Assembly (NCBI GenBank): GCA_951406725.2
Contig: OX597817.1
Coordinates: 167,214,001-167,278,000 of the forward strand
Source: Octopus vulgaris
Lineage: Eukaryota
Length of the DNA stretch: 64,000 nt
Reading direction: 5' to 3'
Below are positions 48,246 through 64,000 of the stretch, piece after piece; position 1 is the first letter of the stretch; the number at the start of each line of letters is the position of its first letter. The notes under the pieces were generated by a model. It saw nothing but the letters and a program-made list of their open reading frames with translations, ran no database searches and was not told the DNA's origin. Both the position numbers and the translations under genes were made by a program.

Positions 48246-51200
48246 TTACATTATTTACATTATTTACATTATTTACATTACTTACATTATTTACATTATG
48301 TACAGTATTTACATTATTTACATTATTTACATTATTTACATTATGTACATTATTTGCATTATTTACATTACTTACATTATTTACATTATTTACATTATTT
48401 ACATTATTTACATTATGTACATTATTTACATTATGTACATTATGTACATTATTTACATTATTTACATTATGTACATTATTTACATTATGTACATTATTTA
48501 CATTATGTACAGTATTTACATTATTTACATTATTTACATTATTTACATTATGTACATTATTTACATTATTTACATTATTTACATTATTTACATTATTTAC
48601 ATTATTTACATTATTTACATTATTTACATTATTACATTATTTACATTATTTACATTATTTATTTACATTATTTACATTATTTACATTATTTACATTATTA
48701 TACATTATTTACATTATTTACATTATTTACATTATTTACATTATTTACATTATTTACATTATTTACATTATTTACATTATTATACATTATTTACATTATT
48801 TACATTATTTACATTATTTACATTATTTACATTATTTACATTATTTACATTATTTACATTATTTACATTATTTACATTATTTACATTATTTACATTATTT
48901 ACATTATTTACATTATTTACATTATTACATTATTTACATTATTTACATTATTACATTATTTACATTATTTACATTATTTACATTATTTACATTATTTACA
49001 TTATTTACATTATTTACATTATTTACATTATTTACATTATTTACATTATTTACATTATTTACATTATTTACATTATTTACATTATTTACATTATTTACAT
49101 TATTTACATTATTTACATTATTTACATTATTTACATTATTTACATTATTTACATTATTTACATTATTTACATTATTTACATTATTTACATTATTTACATT
49201 ATTTACATTATTTACATTATTTACATTATTTACATTATTTACATTACATTATTACATTATTTACATTATTTACATTATTTACATTATTTACATTATTTAC
49301 ATTATTTACATTATTTACATTATTTACATTATTTACATTATTTACATTATTTACATTATTTACATTATTTACATTATTTACATTATTTACATTATTTACA
49401 TTATTTACATTATTTACATTATTTACATTATTTACATTATTTACATTATTTACATTATTACATTATTTACATTATTTACATTATTTACATTATTTACATT
49501 ATTTACATTATTTACATTATTTACATTATTTACATTATTTACATTATTTACATTATTTACATTATTTACATTATTTACATTATTACATTATTTACATTAT
49601 TTACATTATTTACATTATTTACATTATTTACATTATTTACATTATTTACATTATTTACATTATTTACATTATTTACATTATTACATTATTTATTACATTA
49701 TTTACATTATTTACATTATTTACATTATTTACATTATTTACATTATTTACATTATTTACATTATTTACATTATTTACATTATTTACATTATTTACATTAT
49801 TTACATTATTTACATTATATACATTATTTACATTATTTACATTATTTACATTATTTACATTATTTACATTATTTACATTATTTACATTATTTACATTATT
49901 TTACATTATTTACATTATTTACATTATTTACATTATTTACATTATTTACATTATTTACATTATTTACATTATTTACATTATTTACATTATTTACATTATT
50001 TACATTATTTACATTATTTACATTATTTACATTATTTACATTATTTACATTATTTACATTATTTACATTATTTACATTATTTACATTATTTACATTATTT
50101 ACATTATTTACATTATTTACATTATTTACATTATTTACATTATTTACATTATTTACATTATTTACATTATTATACATTATTTACATTATTACATTATTTA
50201 CATTATTTACATTATTTACATTATTTACATTATTTACATTATTTACATTATTTACATTATTTACATTATTTACATTATTTACATTATATTATTTACATTA
50301 TTTACATTATTTACATTATTTACATTATTTACATTATTTACATTATATACATTATTTACATTATGTACATTATTTACATTATTTACATTATTTACATTAT
50401 ATACATTATTTACATTATGTACATTATTTACATTATTTACATTATTTACATTATATACATTATTTACATTATTTACATTATTTACATTATTTACATTATA
50501 TACATTATTTACATTATTTGCATTATGTACATTACTTACATTATGTACATTATTTACATTATGTACCTTATTTACATTATATACATTATTTACATTATGT
50601 ACAGTATTTACATTATTTACATTATATACATTATTTACATTATTTGCATTATGTACATTACTTACATTATGTACATTATTTACATTATTTACATTATTTA
50701 CATTATGTACATTACTTACATTATGTACAGTATTTACATTATTTACATTATTTACATTATTTACATTATGTACATTATTTGCATTATTTACATTACTTAC
50801 ATTATTTACATATATTACATTATTTACATTATTTACATTATTTACATTATTTACATTATTTACATTATTTACATTATTTACATTATTTACATTATTTACA
50901 TTATTTACATTATTTACATTATTTACATTATTTACATTATTTACATTATTTACATTATTTACATTATTTACATTATTTACATTATTTACATTATTTACAT
51001 TATTTACATTATTTACATTATTTACATTATTTACATTATTTACATTATTTATTTATTTACATTATTTACATTATTTACATTATTTACATTATTTACATTA
51101 TTTACATTATTTACATTATTTACATTATTTACATTATTTACATTATTATACATTATTTACATTATTTACATTATTTACATTATTTACATTATTTACATTA

Positions 51201-54200
51201 TTTACATTATTTACATTATTTACATTATTTACATTATTTACATTATTTACATTATTTACATTATTTACATTATTTACATTATTTACATTATTTACATTAT
51301 TTACATTATTTACATTATTTACATTATTTACATTATTTACATTATTTACATTATTTACATTATTTACATTATTTACATTATTTACATTATTTACATTATT
51401 TACATTATTTACATTATTTACATTATTTACATTATTTACATTATTTACATTATTTACATTATTTACAATTACTTATTTACATTATTTACATTATTTACAT
51501 TATTTACATTATTTACATTATTTACATTATTACATTATTTACATTATTTACATTATTTACATTATTTACATTATTTACATTATTTACATTATTTACATTA
51601 TTTACATTATTTATATTATTTACATTATTTACATTATTTACATTATTTACATTATTTACATTATTTACATTATTTACATATTACATTATTTACATTATTT
51701 ACATTATTTACATTATATACATTATTTACATTATTTACATTATTTACATTATATACATTATATACATTATTTACATTATTTACATTATTTACATTATTTA
51801 CATTATATACATTATTTACATTATTTACATTATTTACATTATTTACATTATTTACATTATATACATTATTTACATTATTTACATTATTTACATTATTTAC
51901 ATTATTTTATTTACATTATTTACATTATTTACATTATTTACATTATTTACATTATTTACATTATTTACATTATTTACATTATTTACATTATTTACATTAT
52001 TACTTATACATTATTTACATTATTACATTATTTACATTATTACATTATTTACATTATTTACATTATTTACATTATTTACATTATTTACATTATTACATTA
52101 TTTACATTATTTACATTATTTACATTATTTACATTATTTACATTATTTTATATTACATTATTTACATTATTTACATTATTTACATTATTTACATTATTTT
52201 ATTACATTATTTACATTATTTACATTTTATTTACATTATTTACATTATTTACATTATTTACATTATTTACATTATTTACATTATTTACATTATTTACATT
52301 ATTTACATTATTTACATTATTTACATTATTACATTATTTACATTATTTACATTATTTACATTATTTACATTATTTACATTATTTACATTATTACATTATT
52401 TACATTATTTACATTATTTACATTATTTACATTATTTACATTATTTACATTATTTACATTATTTACATTATTTACATTATTTACATTATTTACATTATTT
52501 AATTATATACATTATTTACATTATTTACATTATTTACATTATTTACATTATTTACATTATTTACATTATGTACATTATTTACATTATTTACATTATTTAC
52601 ATTATATACATTATTTACATTATTTACATTATTTACATTATATACATTATTTACATTATGTACATTATTTACATTATTTACATTATTTACATTATTTACA
52701 TTATTTACATTATTTACATTATTTACATTATTTACATTATTTACATTATTTACATTATTTACATTATTTACATTATTTTTACATTATTACATTATTTACA
52801 TTATTTACATTATTTACATTATTACATTATTTACATTATTTACATTATTTACATTATTTACATTATTTACATTATTTACATTATTTACATTATTTACATT
52901 ATTTACATTATTTACATTATTTACATTATTTACATTATTTACATTATTTACATTATTTACATTATTTACATTATTTACATTATTTACATTATTTACATTA
53001 TTTACATTATTTACATTATTACATTACACATTATTTACATTATTTACATTATTACATTATTTACATTATTTACTACATTATTTACATTATTTACATTATT
53101 TACATTATTTACATTATTTACATTATTTACATTATTTACATTATTTACATTATTATACATTATTTACATTATTTACATTATTTACATTATTTACATTATT
53201 TACATTATTTACATTACATTATTTACATTATTTACATTATTTACATTATTTACATTATTTACATTATTTACATTATTTACATTATTACATTATTTACATT
53301 ATTTACATTATTTACATTATTTACATTATTTACATTATTTACATTATTTACATTATTTACATTATTTACATTATTTACATTATTTACATTATTTACATTA
53401 TTTACATTATTTACATTATTTACATTATTTACATTATTTACATTATTTACATTATTTACATTATTTACATTATTTACATTATTTACATTATTTACATTAT
53501 TTACATTATTTACATTATTTACATTATTTACATTATTTACATTATTTACATTATTTACATTATTACATTATTTACATTATATACATTATTTATATTATTT
53601 ACATTATGTACATTATTTACATTATTTACATTATTTACATTATATACATTATTTACATTATTATTATTTACATTATTTACATTATTTACATTATTTACAT
53701 TATTTACATTATTTACATTATTTACATTATTTACATTATTTACATTATTTACATTATTTACATTATTTACATTATTTACATTATTTACATTATTTACATT
53801 ATTTACATTATTTACATTATTTACATTATTTACATTATTTACATTGTTTACATTATTTACATTATATACATTATTTACATTATATACATTATTTACATTA
53901 TTTACATTATTTACATTATTTACATTATATACATTATTTACATTATGTACATTATTTACATTATTTACATTATTTACATTATATACATTATTTACATTAT
54001 TTACATTATTTACATTATTTACATTATTTACATTATTTACATTATTTACATTATTTACATTATTTACATTATTTACATTATTTACATTATTTACATTATT
54101 TACATTATTTACATTATTTACATTATTTACATTATTTACATTATTTACATTATTTACATTATATACATTATTTACATTATATACATTATTTACATTATTT

Positions 54201-57200
54201 ACATTATTTACATTATTTACATTATATACATTATTTACACTATTTACATTATTTACATTATTTATATTACATTATTACATTATTTACATTATTTACATTA
54301 TTTACATTATTTACATTATTTACATTATTTACATTATTTACATTATTTACATTATTTACATTATTTACATTATTTACATTATTTACATTATTTACATTAT
54401 TTACATTATTTACATTATTTACATTATTTACATTATTTACATTATTATACATTATTTACATTATTTACATTATTTACATTATACATTATTTACATTATTT
54501 ACATTATTTACATTATTTATTACATTATACATTATTATTACATTATTTACATTATTTACATTATTTACATTATTTACATTATTACATTATTTACATTATT
54601 TACATTATTTACATTATTTACATTATATACATTATTTACATTATGTACATTATTTACATTATATACATTATTTACATTATGTACATTATTTACATTATTT
54701 ACATTATTTACATTATATACATTATTTACATTATTTACATTATTTACATTATTTACATTATATACATTATTTACATTATTTACATTATTTACATTATATA
54801 CATTATTTACATTATTTACATTATTTACATTATATACATTATTTACATTATGTACATTATTTACATTATTTACATTATTTACATTATATACATTATTTAC
54901 ATTATTTACATTATTTACATTATTTACATTATATACATTATTTACATTATTTACATTATTTACATTATTTACATTATATACATTATTTACATTATTTACA
55001 TTATTTACATTATTTACATTATTTACATTATTTACATTATTTACATTATTTACATTATTTACATTATTTACATTATTATATTACATTATTTACATTATTT
55101 ACATTATTTACATTATTTACATTATTTACATTATTTACATTATTTACATTATTTACATTATTTACATTATTTACATTATTTACATTATTTACATTATTTA
55201 CATTATTTACATTATTTACATTATTTACATTATTTACATTATTTACATTATTTACATTATTTACATTATTTACATTATTTACATTATTTACATTATTTAC
55301 ATTATTTACATTATTTACATTATTTACATTATTTACATTATTTACATTATTTACATTATTTACATTATTTACATTATTTACATTATTTACATTATTTACA
55401 TTATTTACATTATTTACATTATTTACATTATTTACATTATTTACATTATTTACATTATTTACATTATTATTATTATTTACATTATTTACATTATTTACAT
55501 TATTTACATTATTTACATTATTTACATTATTTACATTATTTACATTATTACATTATTTACATTATTTACATTATTTACATTATGTACATTATTTACATTA
55601 TTTACATTATTTACATTATTTACATTATTTACATTATTATACATTATTTACATTATTTACATTATTTACATTATTTACATTATTTACATTATTTACATTA
55701 TTATACATTATTTACATTATTTACATTATTTACATTATTTACATTATTTACATTATTTACATTATTTACATTATTTACATTATTTACATTATTTACATTA
55801 TTTACATTATTTACATTATTTACATTATTTACATTATTTACATTATTTACATTATTTACATTATTACATTATTTACATTATTTACATTATTTACATTATT
55901 TACATTATTTACATTATTTACATTATTTACATTATTTACATTATTTACATTATTTACATTATTTACATTATTTACATTATTTACATTATTTACATTATTT
56001 ACATTATTTACATTATTTACATTATTTACATTATTACATTATTTACATTATATACATTATTTACATTATTTACATTATTTACATTATTTACATTATATAC
56101 ATTATTTACATTATTTACATTATTTACATTATTTACATTATTTACATTATATACATTATTTACATTATTTACATTATTTACATTATATACATTATTTACA
56201 TTATTTACATTATTTACATTATATACATTATTTACATTATATACATTATTTACATTATTTACATTATTTACATTATTTACATTATTTACATTATATACAT
56301 TATTTACATTATATACATTATTTACATTATGTACATTTACATTATTTACCTTATTTACATTATATACATTATTTACATTATTTACATTATTTACATTATT
56401 TACATTATATACATTATTTACATTATATACATTATTTACATTATTTTCATTATTTACATTATTTACATTATTTACATTATTTACATTATTTACATTATTT
56501 ACATTATATACATTATTTACATTATTTACATTATTTACATTATTTACATTATATACATTATTTACATTATTTACATTATTTACATTATTTACATTATATA
56601 CATTATTTACATTATTTACATTATTTACATTATTTACATTATTTACATTATGTACATTATTTACATTATTTACATTATGTACATTATTTACATTATTTAC
56701 ATTATGTACATTATTTACATTATTTACATTATTTACATTATTTACATTATATACATTATTTACATTATTTGCATTATGTACATTATATACATTATTTACA
56801 TTATTTACATTATTTACATTATATACATTATTTACATTATTTACATTATTTACATTATTTACATTATATACATTATTTACATTATTTACATTATATACAT
56901 TATTTACATTATTTACATTATATACATTATTTACATTATTTACATTATATACATTATTTACATTATTTACATTATTTACATTATATACATTATTTACATT
57001 ACTTACATTATTTACATTATATACATTATTTACATTATTTACATTATTTACATTATTTACATTATATACATTATTTACATTATTTACATTATATACATTA
57101 TTTACATTATTTACATTATATACATTATTTACATTATTTACATTATATACATTATTTACATTATTTACATTATTTACATTATGTACATTATTTACATTAT

Positions 57201-58187
57201 TTACATTATTTACATTATTTACATTATATACATTATTTACATTATTTACATTATTTACATTATATACATTATTTACATTATTTACATTATATACATTATT
57301 TACATTATTTACATTATTTACATTATTTACATTATATACATTATTTACATTATTTACATTATTTACATTATATACATTATTTACATTATTTACATTATTT
57401 ACATTATATACATTATATACATTATTTACATTATTTACATTATTTACATTATGTACATTATTTACATTATATACATTATTTACATTATTTACATTATTTA
57501 CATTATTTACATTATGTACATTATTTACATTATTTACATTATTTACATTATATACATTATTTACATTATTTACATTATGTACATTATTTACATTATGTAC
57601 ATTATATACATTATTTACATTATTTACATTATTTACATTATATACATTATTTACATTATTTACATTATTTACATTATATACATTATTTACATTATTTACA
57701 TTATTTACATTATATACATTATTTACATTATTTACATTATTTACATTATATACATTATTTACATTATTTACATTATTTACATTATATACATTATTTACAT
57801 TATTTACATTATGTACATTATTTACATTATTTACATTATTTACATTATTTACATTATATACATTATTTACATTATTTACATTATGTACATTATTTACATT
57901 ATTTACATTATTTACATTATATACATTATTTACATTATTTACATTATATACATTATTTACATTATTACATTATTTACATTATTTACATTATGTACATTAC
58001 TTACATTATGTACATTATATACATTATTTACATTATTTACATTATTTACATTATATACATTATTTACATTATTTACATTATTTACATTATATACATTATT
58101 TACATTATTTACATTATGTACATTATTTACATTATTTACATTATTTACATTATGTACATTATTTACATTATTTACATTATGTACATT
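48246..58187. repeat. 9-bp satellite (TTTACATTA)n, left array (about 1,100 units)
   Basis: Directly visible; common variants TATACATTA and TGTACATTA; rarer CTTACATTA, TTTGCATTA and indel units. Confidence 0.99.
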
Positions 58188-60381
58188 CCTTAAAATCCTT
58201 AAATCCTTAAAAATGTTTTAGCCCGAAGGCCGCGGCCATGCTGGGGCACCACCGCTGAATGAGCTACACTAGTTTGTGAATCCACCTCTGATACGTGGCA
58301 CTTGATCAACAAGGAGTTCGATGCTGCTGCCCGCATCCGTGTCTCCTGTCGTGAGGTAGGTTCATCTGGGACTCCCAACAAGAAGAGATCCAGTTTAGTT
58401 TTAAAGAAACCCACATCCACACCATGTAAGTCTCTCAGGCATTTAGGGAGGATGTTAAAGAGCTGTGGTCCTCTGAAACCCAAGCTGTTGCAGTATCTGG
58501 ACCTGTATTTTGATGGTGATGTTGGAATCCTTGGCACCACGCAGCGGCGCCCGTTCTGCGGTTGGAGTAACTTTGAATGCCAAAGTTTGGGACAAGACCC
58601 TCCAGGATTTTCCAGATGTATATCACTGCATATCTCTCCCGCCTCCGCTCCAGGGAGAAGAGGTTTAATACCTTCAGTCTTTCCCAGTAGCTGACATTTT
58701 GCATTGAGACGATTTTCTTTGTGTAGCTTCTCTGAGTTGCTTCGAGTTCTGCTGTTTGTTTTATATTGTGTGGTGACCAAAGTTGGGAGCAGTAGTCCAA
58801 GCGGCTGAGGACAAATGTTTTCCATAGGACCATCAGTGTCTCCTTCTCTCTTGTTCTGAAAGTTCGGAGAATCCATCCAGCTAGCCGTCTGCATTTTATC
58901 ACCAGATTAGCAATATGCATTTGGAAAGATGCATCATTGCTCATGTCAATGCCCAGGTCACGCACTGATTTTGACTCAGGGATTGCAATTCTTCCTAGGC
59001 CAGTGTATCCAGTCTTCACGTCATTTACCTTTGTGTGCCAGTAGCGCAGGGCCTGGAACTTACCTGCATTAAACTGCATGTTGTTGTCCTCAGCCCACCT
59101 GTATATTGTGTCCAGCTCATGTTGCAGATGCGCAATATTTTCAGGGTTTTGTATTGCGTGGGAGACTTTTGTGTCATCTGCATAGCTAGCAAGGGTGCTC
59201 ATCGTAGCAACTGAAGGCATGTCTGAAAGGGCCACTATGAACATCAGTGGCCCCAAGACAGTGCCCTGTGGGACACCGCTTGTTATTTGCGTTTCCCTGG
59301 AGGTGGCTCCATTGCTCACAACTGCCTGTTTTCTGTCTTTTAGGAAGTTGTGCAGCCACTCTCCAAGTTTCCCGCCTATGCCGAGACCACGCAGTTTGTG
59401 ACAGATCATACCATGGTCGACTTTATCAAAGGCTTTTGCAAAGTCAAGATATATTACATCCACATTTGAGCCATTTAGTAGCTGTTTCAACACCCAGTCA
59501 TAGTGTTGCAGGAGCTGTGTTAGGCAGCCTCTACCTGGTCGAAATCCATGCTGGGTGTCAGACAGTAAGTCATTTTCTTCAAGGAACATGATTAGTTTCT
59601 TACGGACTATTCGTTCCATGACTTTGCTGATGTGTGAGGTCAGAGAGATAGGCCTATAATTTTTAGCATCTGCTCTGCTACCTCCCTTATGGATAGGGCA
59701 TATTACCCCCTCTTTCAGTTTGACTGGGAGCTTACCACTTGCAAGAAAGCTCTGAAAAAGAAGCTGTAGCGGTTTTGCAAGGGCTCGTTTGCACGATTTG
59801 AGAAGGATCGCTGGGAATCCATCAGGTCCAGCAGCTGAGTTTGTGTCAATCTCATCAATGGCTAGTGTGATATCATCTTCTTCGATGTTGATGTACTCAA
59901 TTTTTGTCTCTTTGGCCGCTGATAAAGTGGCAAAGAATTCTTCTGGGTTGTTTACTTGCCTGTGTCCTAGAGGTGTAGTGAACACACTTTGGAACTGTTC
60001 GTTCAGTATTTCACTTATCCTCGTGGGATTTCCTGTGAGAGAGCCATCTTTTGGAAGAGAGGTCCTATTCTCTGGTGCACTGTGGCTGTCTCTTTGGCAA
60101 ACTTAAAGAAAGCTTTAGGGTTTGATTTTATATTTTCTATTACCCAAGCTTCTTTATCTGCTCTCTCCTTTTCATGGGACTGATGTAGACTTTTCTCAGT
60201 TTCCATTAGCATTCTTTCGAGCCGAGACTTCTCACCACTTTTGGTGTGCTTGCTCAGGCGGTTTGCAATCCTTGTCCGTCGTCTCATAAGAATCCTCCTT
60301 TCTCTAGGGATCCTGTTTTTATTCTTGTGTGTGCTGGCCCTGCACATTGGGACATATTTGTCACATATGGCTTGTATTGGC
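58188..60381 (-). mobile_element. 5'-truncated CR1-type LINE inserted in the satellite
   Basis: Complete RT domain, no endonuclease domain, 3' stem-loop and short (TTTAAGGA)-like tandem tail; array phase is kept across the insertion. Confidence 0.93.
58300..60380 (-). pseudogene. LINE ORF2 reverse transcriptase, split by two frameshifts (near 60050 and 58550)
   Basis: AAGPDGF, NYRPISLTS, QHGFRPGR, YLDFAKAFDKVDH, SGVPQGTVLGP, YADD, VRDLG and LDYCSQLWSP motifs; the C-terminus continues in another frame (RGPQLFNILP...FKTKLD). Confidence 0.92.
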
Positions 60382-63300
60382 TTATATACATTATTTACAT
60401 TATTTACATTATATACATTATTTACATTATTTACATTATTTACATTATATACATTATTTACATTATTTACATTATATACATTATTTACATTATTTACATT
60501 ATTTACATTATATACATTATTTACATTACTTACATTATGTACATTATATACATTATTTACATTATATACATTATTTACATTATATACATTATTTATATTA
60601 TTTACATTATTTACATTATTTACATTACTTACATTACTTACATTATGTACATTATTTACATTATTTACATTACTTACATTACTTACATTATTTACATTAT
60701 TTACATTATTTACATTATTTACATTATTTACATTATTTACATTATTTACATTATATACATTATTTACATTATTTACATTATGTACATTATTTACATTATT
60801 TACATTATTTACATTATATACATTATTTACATTATTTACATTATTTACATTATTTACATTATTTACATTATATACATTATTTACATTATATACATTATTT
60901 ACATTATTTACATTATTTACATTACTTACATTATGTACATTATATACATTATTTACATTATTTACATTATTTACATTATTTACATTATTTACATCATTTA
61001 CATTATTTACATAATGTACATTATTTACATTATGTACATTATCTACATTACATTATTTACATTATTTACATTATTACATTATTTATTCATTATTACATTA
61101 TTTACATTATTTACATTATTTACATTATGTACATTATTTACATTATATACATTATTTACATTATTTACATTATGTACATAATTTACATTATTTACATTAT
61201 ATACATTATTTACATTATTTACATTATTTACATTATTTACATTATTTACATTATTTACATTATTTACATTATTTACATTATTTACATTATTTACATTATG
61301 TACATTATTTACATTATTTACATTATTTACATTATTTACATTATTTACATTATTTACATTATTTACATTATTTACATTATTTACATTATTTACATTATGT
61401 ACATTATTTACATTATTTACATTATTTACATTATTTACATTATGTACATTATTTACATTATTTACATTATGTACATTATTTACATTATTTACATTATTTA
61501 CATTATTTACATTATTTACATTATTTACATTATTTACATAATGTACATTATTTCCATTATTTACATTATTTACATTATTACATTATTTACATTATTTACA
61601 TTATTTGCATTATTTACATTATTTACATTATGTACATTATTTACATTATTTACATTATTTACATTATGTACATTATTTACATTTTTTACATTATTTACAT
61701 TCTGTACATTATTTACATTATTTACATTATTTACATTATTTACATTATTTACATTATGTACATTATTTACATTATTTACATTATGTACATTATTTACATT
61801 ATTTACATTACTTACATTATTTACATTATTTCCATTATGTACATTATTTATATTATTTACATTATTTACATTATTTACATTATGTACATTATTTACATTA
61901 TTTACATTATTTACATTATTTACATTATTTACATTATTTACATTATTTACATTATTTACATTATGTACATTATTTACATTATTTACATTATTTACATTAT
62001 TTACATTATTTACATTATGTACATTATTTACATTATTTACATTATGTACATTATTTACATTATTTACATTATGTACATTATTTACATTATTTACATTACT
62101 TACATTATTTACATTATTTCCATTATGTACATTATTTATATTATTTACATTATTTACATTAACATTATGTACATTATTCATATTATATACATTATTTACA
62201 TTATTTACATTATGTACATTATTTACATTATTTACATTATTTACATTATTTACATTATTTACATTATTTACATTATTTGCATTATTTACATTATTTACAT
62301 TATGTACATTATTTACATTATTTACATTATTTACATTATTTACATTATTTACATTATGTACATTATTTACATTATGTACATTATTTACATTATTTACATT
62401 ATTTACATTATTTACATTATTTACATTATTTACATTATTTACATTATTTACATTATGTACATTATTTACATTATTTACATTATGTACATTATTTACATTA
62501 TTTACATTATTTACATTATTTACATTATGTACATTATTTACATTATTTACATTATTTACATTATTTACATTATTTACATTATTTACATTATTTACATTAT
62601 TTACATTATTTACATTATTTACATTATTTACATTATTTACATTATTTACATTATTTACATTATTTACATTATTTTCATTATTTACATTATTTACATTATT
62701 TACATTATTTACATTATTTACATTATTTACATTATGTACATTATTTACATTATTTACATTATTTACATTATTTACATTATTTACATTATTTACATTATTT
62801 TACATTATTTACATTATTTACATTATTTACATTATTTACATTATTTACATTATGTACATTATTATTACATTATTTACATTATTTACATTATTTACATTAT
62901 TTACATTATTTACATTATTTACATTATTTACATTATTTACATTATTTACATTATTTACATTATTTACATTATTTACATTATTTACATTATTTACATTATT
63001 TACATTATTTACAATATAACCATTATTTCCATTATTTACATTATGTACATTATTTACATTATTTACATTATTTACATTATTTACATTATTTACATTATTT
63101 ACATTATTTACATTATTTACATTATTTACATTATTTACATTATTTACATTATTTACATTATTTACATTATTTACATTATTTACATTATTTACATTATTTA
63201 CATTATTTACATTATTTACATTATGTACATTATTTACATTATTTACATTATGTACATTATTTACATTATCTACATTATTTACATTATTTACATTATTTAC

Positions 63301-64000
63301 ATTATGTACATTATTTACATTATTTACATTATTTACATTATTTACATTATTTACATTATGTACATTATTTACATTATTTACATTATTTACATTATTTACA
63401 TTATTTACATTATTTACATTATTTACATTATTTACATTATTTACATTATTTACATTATTTACATTATTTACATTATTTACATTATTTACATTATTTACAT
63501 TATTTACATTATTTACATTATGTACATTATTTACATTATTTACATTATTTAAATTATGTACATTATTTACATTATTTACATTGTTTACATTATGTACATT
63601 ATTTACATTATTTACATTATTTACATTATTTACATTATTTACATTATGTACATTATTTACATTATTTACATTATGTACATTATTTATATTATTTACATTA
63701 TGTACATTATTTACATTATCTACATTATTTACATTATTTACATTATTTACATTATGTACATTATTTACATTATATACATTATTTACATTATTTACATTAT
63801 GTACATAATTTACATTATTTACATTATTTACATTATTTACATTATTTACATTATTTGCATTATTTACATTATTTACATTATGTACATTATTTACATTATT
63901 TACATTATTTACATAATGTACATTATTTCCATTATTTACATTATTTACATTATTACATTATTTACATTATTTACATTATTTGCATTATTTACATTATTTA
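60382..64000. repeat. 9-bp satellite (TTTACATTA)n, right array (about 400 units, continues past the window)
   Basis: Directly visible. Confidence 0.99.

Noticed and set aside
48196-58221. Giant ORFs (3341, 2615, 1449 and 1420 aa, and those beyond 60241)
   Set aside because: They are artefacts of a 9-bp unit with no plus-strand stop codon in any frame; the translations are YII/LHY/TLF repeats that switch at indels.
58435-59985. RT as a retron, DGR, group II intron or telomerase-like enzyme that synthesises the satellite
   Set aside because: The motifs and 3' end are those of an ordinary CR1-type LINE. It is 5'-truncated, has its own different tail repeat, and a relative at 16.3 kb has no satellite.
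48246-64000. Plus-strand AUUUA (AU-rich element) array
   Set aside because: The pentamer is present in each canonical unit, but the common variants destroy it, unlike the minus-strand Pumilio motif.

Overview
This is a eukaryotic, AT-rich, microsatellite-dense window made almost entirely of repeats. The SINE families look like the tRNA-derived SINEs of octopus, so a cephalopod genome is inferred. No complete host gene is visible. There is only a candidate CpG-rich first exon (ATG at 18661, donor at 18677) and a phase-compatible 108-nt exon at 44572-44679. Bases 1-48245 are a mosaic of three SINE families, LINE fragments (R4/Dong-like, Tx1-like, RTE, CR1), Helitrons, hAT and pogo MITEs, MULE and Merlin transposase relics, and Penelope-like pieces carrying hammerhead ribozyme motifs. 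Bases 48246-64000 are a 9-bp satellite, (TTTACATTA)n, split by a 5'-truncated CR1-type LINE (58188-60381, minus strand). Four observations stand out. (1) On the minus strand each satellite unit reads UGUAAAUA, the Pumilio response element. The two commonest variants change only its degenerate fifth position, suggesting a possible NORAD-like Pumilio decoy of about 1,500 sites. (2) A repeat family present three times carries a hammerhead whose strands are in a non-circular, pseudoknotted order, with compensatory base changes. (3) Different retroelement families each sit in their own microsatellite. (4) SINE tails can be matched to CR1 and Tx1 partners within the window. All family assignments are by eye; no database search or folding program was run.
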